Source: an uncultured bacterium
GTDB lineage: Bacteria; Verrucomicrobiota; Verrucomicrobiia; Limisphaerales; UBA8199
Assembly (NCBI GenBank): GCA_963749495.1
Contig: CAVVMW010000021.1
Span: forward strand, 32,001 to 96,000
DNA length: 64,000 nt
Direction of reading: 5' to 3'
Shown here: piece after piece, positions 20,169 through 28,500 of the stretch
Numbering within the stretch: position 1 is the stretch's first letter
How the letters are laid out: every line of letters begins with the position of its first letter
Translations under genes and position numbers: made by a program
Notes under the pieces: model-generated
Told to the model about the DNA's origin: nothing
Databases searched by the model: none
Seen by the model: only the letters and a program-made list of their open reading frames with translations

Positions 20169-22187
20169 CTAGCGGAAAATGATGTTGAGCACCAGGCACG
20201 CGGCCAGAAGGGCCACGCCCAGCGTCGCCGGGCGCAGGTACCAGGCCCGCTCTTCGTCCCTGAGCTTGGGCGTGAGCGAATAGACCAGGCCCTTGAGTTC
20301 CTCGTTGCTCTTGGTCCGCCGGGTCACGAGCGAGATGACCACGGTCAGGCCAAAGCAAACGATGAATGCGAAGCTGGCCAGCCAGAAATTCTGGGCCATC
20401 TCGCTCGGGAAGGTCTGGAGCAGGCCGACGTAACCGCCCTTGACGCCCGGCGTATTGCCGGCGGCCAGAGTCAGCGAGTGGAAGATGGCCGAGGCGCTGA
20501 TGCCGCCAAACAGGCCGAGGAAGGCCCCGGTCCCGGTGCAGCGTGCCCAGAACATGCCCAAAAGGAACGTGGCGAAGAGGGGCGCGTTCACGAAGCCGAA
20601 AACGAGCTGGATGATGTCCATGGCATTGTTGTACTGCTTGGCGAAATAGGCGCAGGCAATGCTCAGCAAAATTCCCACGACCGTGACCGCCTGGCCCATC
20701 CAGAAGTAGTGCTGGTCGCTCTTGTTCCGGCCAATGTAGGCCTGGTACAAATCGTAGGTCCACACGGTGTTGAAGGCGGTGACGTTGCCCGCCATGCCGG
20801 ACATGAACGAGGCCAGCAGCGCCGTCAAGGCCAGGCCCAGCAGGCCCGTCGGGCAGTATTTCTTGACCAGGGAATAGATGACGCTGTCATAGTCATGATC
20901 GGTAATCGTGCTGCTGAAGGCGGCCAGGAACTCCGAGCGCAGGGCATTGTCTTGACCGGTCTGGGTCTTGTCGATCGGCTTGTCGGCGTAGGTCTGGACC
21001 ACTTCCGCCAGCCTGGCCTGGTCGAAGCCCAGGAGCTTCTTGGGCTTGCCGGTCTTTGCGTTGATCCCATTTTGGGCGGCGCTGACTTGCTCGATGATCT
21101 GCGGCAGGGCGGCCCGGACATCGCCCTTGGGCGCGGCCTTGATGGCCATCACGGCCGCCGTTACGGCTTTGGCCTCCAGCGCCGGCGGCGGGATGCGGTA
21201 ATGTTTGGAGGGGATGGCGGTCAGCGCCACGGCGATCATGCCCGGCAGGATGACCAGGGCCGGGAAGAGCATCTTGGGCACCGCGGCGATCAGGGGCGTC
21301 TGGCGGGCGGCGCGCATGTTCCGGGCGGCCATGGCCCGCTGGACCACCAGGAAGTTCGTGCACCAGTAGCCGAACGAAAGCACAAAGCCCAGCCCGAAGA
21401 CCATCGCAAAAATATCCACGCCCATCGGGTTGGCCGTGGGCCCGCCCAGCAGCGGCTGCCAGGCGCTGGTCCAACCGTTGGGCCCGTAGGAGGTGCCGGC
21501 ATCCTTGAGGTGCAGCGCCGCCGGGTCCACCGACACCCCGCTCAACACCTTGGTCATCGCGTCCCAGCCCCCGATGTCCTGCAACCCCAGATAGACCACC
21601 GGCGCGAAGCCGAGCACGATCATGAAAAATTGCAGCACCTCGGTGTAAATCGCCGAGGTCAGCCCCCCCTTGAGCACATAGACCAGCACCACCGCCGAGC
21701 AGATCCAGAGCGCCACGTGGTAGTTCCAGCCCAGGAGCTGGTTCAGGAGCTTGGCCAGCGCGTTCATCGAGATGCCCGAGGCGAAAACCGTCATCACGGC
21801 AAAGGCAATCGAGTTGAGCGCCCGCACCCGCTCGTCGAACCGCATCTTCAAATACTCCGGCACCGACCGCGCCCGCGACCCATAGTAAAACGGCATCATG
21901 AAGATCGCCAGGAACACCATCGCCGGGATGGCGCCGACCCAGTAGAAATGGCAGGTGGCGATCCCGTACTTGGCGCCGCTGGCCGCCATGCCCACCAACT
22001 CGAGCGCCCCCAGATTGGCCGAGATGAACGCCAGCCCCGTCACCCACGCCGGAATGGACCGCCCGGACGTCAGAAAGTCCGAAGAACTCTTCAGATAGCG
22101 TCTCAGGGCAAACCCGATGCCGATAACGAAGATTACGTAAATGGCGAGGATAGCGTAATCCAGGAAGCCGAGTTGGGCGTTTTGCAT
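20169..22187 (-). CDS. Sodium:solute symporter family protein
   Basis: DF..SGRS.P.W..GLAF.SANLGA.E, SVPEYL..RF, GGL...IY..V.QF, YWCTN...VQRA.AA, GL.GL...AL.A.FMS. Confidence 0.93.
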   Translation of the reverse strand: MQNAQLGFLDYAILAIYVIFVIGIGFALRRYLKSSSDFLTSGRSIPAWVTGLAFISANLGALELVGMAASGAKYGIATCHFYWVGAIPAMVFLAIFMMPFYYGSRARSVPEYLKMRFDERVRALNSIAFAVMTVFASGISMNALAKLLNQLLGWNYHVALWICSAVVLVYVLKGGLTSAIYTEVLQFFMIVLGFAPVVYLGLQDIGGWDAMTKVLSGVSVDPAALHLKDAGTSYGPNGWTSAWQPLLGGPTANPMGVDIFAMVFGLGFVLSFGYWCTNFLVVQRAMAARNMRAARQTPLIAAVPKMLFPALVILPGMIAVALTAIPSKHYRIPPPALEAKAVTAAVMAIKAAPKGDVRAALPQIIEQVSAAQNGINAKTGKPKKLLGFDQARLAEVVQTYADKPIDKTQTGQDNALRSEFLAAFSSTITDHDYDSVIYSLVKKYCPTGLLGLALTALLASFMSGMAGNVTAFNTVWTYDLYQAYIGRNKSDQHYFWMGQAVTVVGILLSIACAYFAKQYNNAMDIIQLVFGFVNAPLFATFLLGMFWARCTGTGAFLGLFGGISASAIFHSLTLAAGNTPGVKGGYVGLLQTFPSEMAQNFWLASFAFIVCFGLTVVISLVTRRTKSNEELKGLVYSLTPKLRDEERAWYLRPATLGVALLAACLVLNIIFR

Positions 22188-22261
22188 AAGTTCTGGTATG
22201 CGAATTGCAAGTGGTTTAGAGATTTTTAAGAAGTATGTCAACGCGACAAAAGGGCAGACTG

Positions 22262-22492
22262 CGAATGACGAATGACGAATGACGAATGACGAATGCGTCG
22301 GCTATCGGCTATTGTCTATCGGCTATCTGGCGCGAATGACGAATGACGAATGACGAATGCGTCGGCTATCGGCTATTGTCTATCGGCTATCTGGCGCGAA
22401 TGACGAATGACGAATGACGAATGACGAATGACGAACGCAGAGGGCCTTCTTCCCATGATTTTGCCACCCATGATTTTGCCTTCCCTGATTTT
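22262..22492. repeat. Higher-order heptamer array [(GAATGAC)n-(TCGGCTA)-block]x2-(GAATGAC)n plus a 15-nt-period ATGATTTTGCC triplet
   Basis: Read directly in the divergent intergenic region. Confidence 0.9.
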
Positions 22493-22515
22493 GCGCCGGG
22501 GGCTAATTTCAGCGG

Positions 22516-24297
22516 ATGCGAACACTCGCTTCACTGCTGCTGGTTTGCCTGGCCGCCGGTTGTGCCAGGATGTCTCCCTCGACCGGCCGGGACGCGGCCG
22601 GCGCCGACGCCGCCTTCACACAGTTGGCCGAGGAGTATCTCTCCGGCTACCTCGCCTGGCGTCCGCAGACCGGCACGGCGCTCGGGTTTCACCAGTATGA
22701 TGGGAAGCTCACCGATTACAGCCCCATCTCGCTCCAGACCGAATTGGCCCGGCTCAAATCGTTCGACTCGAGGCTGGCGGGGCTGAACACCAGCCGGCTG
22801 GGCCCGCGCGCCTTTCACGATTACCGCATCCTGCGCGCGGCCATCCAGCGGGAAATCTTCAGCTTCGACCGGATGCGGGTCTTTTGGCAAAACCCGATGA
22901 CCTACGCCGGCGCCCTGGACGTGAGCGTCTATATCAAGCGCGACTTTGCGCCGCTCCAGGAGCGGGTCGGCTCGATCCTGGGCCTTCTGGACCAGGCGCC
23001 GGCGCTCTTCGGGGCGGCGCGGGCCAACTTGGCCGACTCGCTGCCGCGCCCGCAAATCGAGACCGCCATCGAACAGGCGGAGGGCGCCGCGGAGTTCCTG
23101 GCCAAAGACCTGGTCCAGGCACTCAAGGACGTGAAAAACCCCGGGCTCATGGAGCAATTCAACGCGTCCAACCAGCGCGCCATCCAGGCCCTGCGCGACT
23201 ACGCCGCCTGGCTCAAGGAGCAGAAGCTGCCCAAGGCCAACGACCGCTACGCCCTGGGCCGCGAGAAATACATGGAACTGCTCCAATACGGCGAGTTAGT
23301 GAGTGCCTCGCCGGAGCGATTGCTGGAGATCGGCCTGCGCGAGTTGCGCCGCCAGCAGGAGGTCTTTGCCAGCGCCGCCCGGCAGATCGATCCGGCCCGC
23401 AAGCCCACGGAGGTGTTCCAGGCCATCCAACGCGACCATCCCACCGAGCAGAGCCTCATTGCCGACACGGCGCGAGACCTCGAGAGCATCCGCCGGTTCC
23501 TGGTCCAGCGCCGCCTGATCACCCTGCCTTCACAAGTCCGCCCGCAAGTGGCCGAGACCCCGCAGTTCCTGCGCGCCACCAGCTTCGCCTCGATGGACAC
23601 GCCCGGCCCGTTCGAGACCCGGGCCACCGAGGCCTACTATTACGTCACGCCCGTGGAACCCGATTGGACGCCTGCCCAGAAAGACGAATGGCTCACTGCC
23701 TTCAACTACTACACCACCAACGTGGTCTCCATCCACGAGGTCTATCCGGGCCACTATGTCCAGTTCCTCTGCCTGAAGGCCTCGCCGGCCGGCAAGGTCG
23801 AGAAGATCTTCTCCAGCTATGCCTTTGTCGAGGGCTGGGCCCATTACGCCGAGCAAATGATGCTCGATGAAGGCTTCGGCCGGGGCGGCGCCGCAATCGC
23901 CCAACGCGAGGACTTGGTCCGCGCGGCCAAATACCGCATGGCCCAGGCCGACGAAGCCCTCCTGCGCGTCTGCCGGCTCTGCGTCTCCATCCAAATGCAC
24001 TGCCAGGGCATGACCGTGGACCAGGCCGCCCAATTCTTCCAGGACAATTGCTATTACCAGCCAAAACCCTCGCGCGCCGAGGCCGTGCGCGGCACCTTCG
24101 ACCCCGAATACCTCTATTACACGCTGGGCAAGATGGAACTGCTCAAGCTGCGCGACGACTGCCGCAAACAGGAGGGCGCGGGCTTCACGCTCCAAAAATT
24201 CCACGACGAACTCCTGCGCCACGGCGCGCCCCCGGTCCGCTTGCTGAGGGAAATCATGCTCAAAGACAGAGCCGCGTGGGACCAGGCCATCGAATAG
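22516..24297 (+). CDS. DUF885 family lipoprotein (putative metallopeptidase)
   Basis: Lipobox LAAGC; HEVYPGHYVQ, FVEGWAHYAEQMM and Y..YT.GK..L..LR motifs. Confidence 0.92.
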   Translation: MRTLASLLLVCLAAGCARMSPSTGRDAAGADAAFTQLAEEYLSGYLAWRPQTGTALGFHQYDGKLTDYSPISLQTELARLKSFDSRLAGLNTSRLGPRAFHDYRILRAAIQREIFSFDRMRVFWQNPMTYAGALDVSVYIKRDFAPLQERVGSILGLLDQAPALFGAARANLADSLPRPQIETAIEQAEGAAEFLAKDLVQALKDVKNPGLMEQFNASNQRAIQALRDYAAWLKEQKLPKANDRYALGREKYMELLQYGELVSASPERLLEIGLRELRRQQEVFASAARQIDPARKPTEVFQAIQRDHPTEQSLIADTARDLESIRRFLVQRRLITLPSQVRPQVAETPQFLRATSFASMDTPGPFETRATEAYYYVTPVEPDWTPAQKDEWLTAFNYYTTNVVSIHEVYPGHYVQFLCLKASPAGKVEKIFSSYAFVEGWAHYAEQMMLDEGFGRGGAAIAQREDLVRAAKYRMAQADEALLRVCRLCVSIQMHCQGMTVDQAAQFFQDNCYYQPKPSRAEAVRGTFDPEYLYYTLGKMELLKLRDDCRKQEGAGFTLQKFHDELLRHGAPPVRLLREIMLKDRAAWDQAIE

Positions 24298-24401
24298 TGC
24301 GGAGTGCGGAGTGCGGAATGCGGAATCCTTCGGAGGAAGGGAGACGGAGGGTGGAGGGCGGAATGACGAATGACGAATGACGAATGACGAATGACGAATG
24401 A
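24297..24401. repeat. Composite heptamer element copy A (partial), upstream of lexA
   Basis: (GCGGAGT)n-GAATCCTTCGGAGGAAGGGAGACGG..-(GAATGAC)n; direct repeat of 30345-30435 and reverse complement of 28690-28775. Confidence 0.85.
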
Positions 24402-24423
24402 GCCCGCAGTCAGTAGTCAGTAG

Positions 24424-24570
24424 CTAGAGCCTGTCCCCAAAGCCCCGCGAGTGGGGGACCTTTGTCGCAGCCTTTGTCGAAACCTTTGTCGGATTGGCCC
24501 TTTTTCGACAAAGGCGCCGACAAAGGCTGCGACAAAGGTTCGGAACCAGGGCTTTTGGGACAGGCTCCAG
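24424..24570. mobile_element. MITE-like element: family B core with different, IS-like TIRs
   Basis: CTAGAGCCTGTCCCCAAAGCCC ... GGGCTTTTGGGACAGGCTCCAG around (CCTTTGTCG)n/(CGACAAAGG)n. Confidence 0.75.
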
Positions 24571-24619
24571 CCACTGACTCCCTCGGTTTTTTTATTGTTG
24601 ACAAGCGCGGCCTTCATAT

Positions 24620-24633
24620 TGGACACTTGTTCA
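24620..24633. promoter_or_regulatory. Candidate LexA operator (TGGACACTTGTTCA) just before the lexA start; TTGACA at 24598-24603
   Basis: Near-perfect palindrome TGAACA-N2-TGTTCA with one mismatch, containing GAAC/GTTC-type half-sites. Confidence 0.45.
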
Positions 24634-24635
24634 GT

Positions 24636-25268
24636 ATGAAGGAACTGACGAAGAGACAACGCCAGGTCCTGGAGTTCATCCAGGACCGCCAGGATGCAGC
24701 GGGCCTCGTTCCGACCTACCGCGAGATAGCCGCGCATTTCGGTTTCAACAGTCCGAACGCAGTGCTGGCGCACGTCAAGGCCCTGCAGAGCAAGGGGTTT
24801 TTGAAAAACCAGCCGGGCCGCGCCCGGACTTTCCAGGTGATGAATCCCAGCGCGCCGAGGCACCGGTTGCGGCCGCGCATCCTCTCGGTGCCCATCTACG
24901 GCACCATCCCTGCCGGTGTCCCGATCGAGGCCGTCCAGGAAGACGAGGGGTGCGTGCTGATCGACGTGGAGACGCTGGGGATTCGGCCGAGCGCCCGCAC
25001 CTTTGGCTTGAAGGTCCGGGGCGATTCCATGCTCGGCAAGAACATCGTGGACGGCGACATCGCCATCATCGAGCATGGCCTGGCGCCGCGTCCCGGCGAC
25101 GTGGTGGCCGCGCTCATCAACGGGCAGGTCACGCTCAAGACTTTTGTCGTGCAGCGGGGCAAGGCATTTTTGCGCGCGGAAAATCCCCGCTATTCGAACC
25201 TGGTCCCCCAGGAAGAACTGCAAGTCCAGGGCGTTATGGTGGCCCTGGTGCGCAGGCGGAAAGGCTAA
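24636..25268 (+). CDS. lexA: SOS repressor LexA
   Basis: LTKRQ..VL.FI, PT.REIA..FG..SPNAV..H..AL..KG.L, G.IPAG.P (Ala-Gly cleavage site), V.GDSM (Ser), TLK (Lys). Confidence 0.95.
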   Translation: MKELTKRQRQVLEFIQDRQDAAGLVPTYREIAAHFGFNSPNAVLAHVKALQSKGFLKNQPGRARTFQVMNPSAPRHRLRPRILSVPIYGTIPAGVPIEAVQEDEGCVLIDVETLGIRPSARTFGLKVRGDSMLGKNIVDGDIAIIEHGLAPRPGDVVAALINGQVTLKTFVVQRGKAFLRAENPRYSNLVPQEELQVQGVMVALVRRRKG

Positions 25269-25486
25269 AGGCTGAAGGCTAAAGGCTAAAGGTGAGGGAC
25301 GAATGACAAATGACAAATGACAAATGACGAATGACGAATGACGAAGGGGGGCCGAGCAGGGAAGGGCGCGAAGCGTTTTGGACTGGCGCAGTCCAAAACC
25401 TGGCGGCCTGGATACCGAGTGCCGACGGGCGCCGCCTCGTCTCCGCTTCGTCATTCGTCATTTGTCATTCGTCATTCGTCATTCGA
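25261..25486. repeat. (GGCTAAA)n at the lexA stop, then inverted (GAATGAC)n...(GTCATTC)n arrays enclosing a collapsed family A palindrome
   Basis: 25299-25344 vs 25447-25486 are inverted; GTTTTGGACTGGCGCAGTCCAAAAC at 25375-25399. Confidence 0.85.
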
Positions 25487-25518
25487 CCCTCGTCTCTCGA
25501 CCCTCGGCCCTCTTCGCC

Positions 25519-28500
25519 ATGACGGAATCTCGACAGCGGGCCAGAGCGATCGTGCATCTGGATGCGGATGCGTTTTTCGCCTCGGTAGAGCAGGCGGCGG
25601 ACGCGCGGCTGCGCGGCAGGCCCGTGGCTGTGGGGGGCGACAAGCGCGGCATCATTGCCTCGGCCTCCTACGAGGCGCGCAAGTTTGGCATTTACACGCC
25701 CATGCCCACCGCCCTGGCGCGCCGGCTCTGCCCCAGGCTGGTGCTCCTGCCGGGCGACTTCGACAAGTATGAGCTCTTTTCGCGGCTGATGTTTTCGTAT
25801 GCCTACGATTTCACGCCGGACGTGGAGATCGGCTCGATTGACGAGGGATATTTCGATTTGACGGGGTCGCGGCGGCCGGCGCTGAGCATTGCCGAGACGA
25901 TCCGGCAGGCGATCCGGCAGGCGCTCCGGCTGTCGGTCAGCGAGGGCATCGCTGCCAACAAACTGGTCAGCCAGATCGCCTCGAAGCTGAACAAACCCGC
26001 GGCGTTTCAATTCGTGCCGGGCGGGCAGGAGGGGCAATTTTTGGCGCCGCTGGCCAACCAATGGCTGCCGGGAATCGGCCCCCGGACGGCGGCGCAGTTG
26101 AATGCGGCCGGCCTGGCGCGCATCGGCCAGGTCGCCTGCACGCCGCTGGACCTGCTGGGGTTGCTGGTGGGCAACCAGGCGCCGCAGTTGCACCGCTTTG
26201 CCTTGGGCCAGGATGAGCGGCCGGTCATCCCGGCGCGCGCCCCGGCCAAGTCCTACGGCCAACAGGAGACCTTTGCGGCGGACACCACCGACCAAGAGTT
26301 CCTGGAGGCGGCCTTGCAGCGGATGGCGGACCACCTCATGGCCAAAGTGCGCGCGGACGGCAAGAGCATCCGCACCCTCACGGTCAAGGTCCGCTACAAC
26401 GACATGGACGAGGAGCAGGCGAGCGAGAGCCTGGCCGAGCCCACGGACCTGGAAACCGAAATCTATACCCGCGTCATCCTGCTCCTGCGCCGGGCCTGGA
26501 AACGCCGGGTCAGCCTCCGCCTGGTCTCGCTCAAGCTGGACAATGTCTATGACGGCCCTTTCCGGAGCGGGCTGGCCCTGGACACCGCCGCCCGCCGCCA
26601 CGACGCCCAGCAGCGCCTGGCCGGCGCAGTCGATCAGTTACGCGAAAAATATGGCCGCAGCGCCCTCCTCCGGGGACACGACTTCGTCTTAGCCGAGTCA
26701 GTCCACAGTCCAGAGTCCACAGTCCACAGTCCACAGTCCGGAAGCCGGAACGCGGAGGACGGAAGACGGAGGACGGAAGACGGAGGGCGGAAGACGGAAT
26801 GCGGACTCCGGACTCGGGAATTTGAGATCTCGGATCTGAAATCTGATATCCGGACTGTGGACTGTGGACTGTGGACTGTGGACCGTGGACTGACTCTGGA
26901 CTGTGGACTACCCCTGAACGTCCACAGTTATTATTCGTTTCTGGATTCCACGCTTTCGATCCGGGCGGTGGTGGATTGGGCCAAACGGCACGAGCTGCCG
27001 GCCATTGCGCTGACCGACCGCAACAACCTGCACGGGGCGGTGGAGTTTGCCCAGGCAGCCGCCGAGGCGGGGATTAAGGCGATTATCGGGGCTGAACTCG
27101 CCTGGCAGGGGCGGCGCGTCTGCCTCTACGTCCAGGACCAGACGGGCTACCGCAATCTCTGCGGCATCTTGAGCGCCAAGACAGCGCGAGGTGGCGAAGA
27201 GGACTCGCCGGGAACGATTGGAGGCCAATACAAGAGACAAAAAGGACAACAGGGACGCCAGGATGCCGACTCAGCGGCAGCCCGGGAGATGAAGATGGAT
27301 TTTCAGGGCAATGTCCGCGCTCCGTTGCGGGCTCCCGCAATTTTCGATTCGCCGGAGCACACCGCCGGTCTGCTGGCGGTGAGCCCCTGTGCCGAACTGG
27401 CCCGGTTTTTTCCCGGCCGGTTCTACCTGGCGGTCGAGAATCCCGATGCCCTGGGCGGGAGGACCGTTCCCCTGCCTTGCGTGCCCTGGTTGCCGGTCCA
27501 TTACGAGCAGCCTGCCGACCGCTGGAAGTACGACGTGGTGCAAAGCATCCGCACGCTGACCCTGCTCCGGCAGCAGCATCCCCAAAAGCGGCTGGGAGGC
27601 GAATATCATTTCCGGTCCGGCGCGGAGCTGCAGCGGCTCTTCGGCGCCCGGCCGGAATGGCTCCAACACAGCCATGAGATTGCCGACCGCTGCCAGTTCG
27701 CCTTCCGCCTGGGCAAACCGCAGTTCCCCGCCTACGCCCCGGCGGACGGCTCGACACCGGCCGCCTTTCTGCGCCGGTTGGCGCTGGAAGGGCTGCAACG
27801 CCGTTACCCCACCGAGCACGCCCGCCTCAAACCCCAGCTCGAAGAGGAGCTGCTCATCATCACCGAGGTCGGCTACGAGGAATACTTCCTGGTCATGTGG
27901 GACATCCTGCAGGAATGCCTGCGGCGCGCCATCCACTGGATCACGCGCGGCAGCGCCGCCGATTCCCTCGTCTGCTATTGCCTGGGCATCAGCGACGTTT
28001 GCCCCATCCGCTTCGATCTCTACTTCCGCCGTTTCCTCAACAAAGAGCGCATGGCGCTCAGCAAGCTGCCCGACATCGATGTGGATTTCGCGCACGACCG
28101 CAAGGACGACGTGCTCGATCTGATCTTCGAAAAATACGGTCCGGCGCACGCGGCCATTGTGGGCGGCTTCTCCACGTTTCAATCGCGCAGCGCCTTTGCC
28201 GAAGCGGCCAAAGTGCTGGGGGTCTCCGAATTCCAGGTCCGCCGCATCACCGAGCGGCTGCCGCATTTCTCGCGCGCCTCCGAGCTGGCCCAAGCCGCCG
28301 CCGCCACCCTCGAGTGCCGCGATTTGCCGCTGGACCAGGAGCCCTACGCCAGCGCGCTGCGGATGGCGCGATTTCTCGACGGCTTTCCCCGCTACCCCAA
28401 GATGCACCCGTGCGGGCTGGTGCTCTCGCGCCAGGCCATGTCCGAAATCACCCCCTGCTTCGTCTCCGCCAAGGGCTATCCCACCACGCACTTCGACATG

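Noticed and set aside
22262..22436. CRISPR-like alternation of repeat and spacer
   Set aside because: The spacers are identical, the repeats are variable-length heptamer tracts, and no cas genes are present.
24462..25518. ORF-track N-terminal extensions of lexA and the polymerase (also of the 43796 and 33059 ORFs)
   Set aside because: They are translations of repeat elements; family similarity begins at downstream ATGs.
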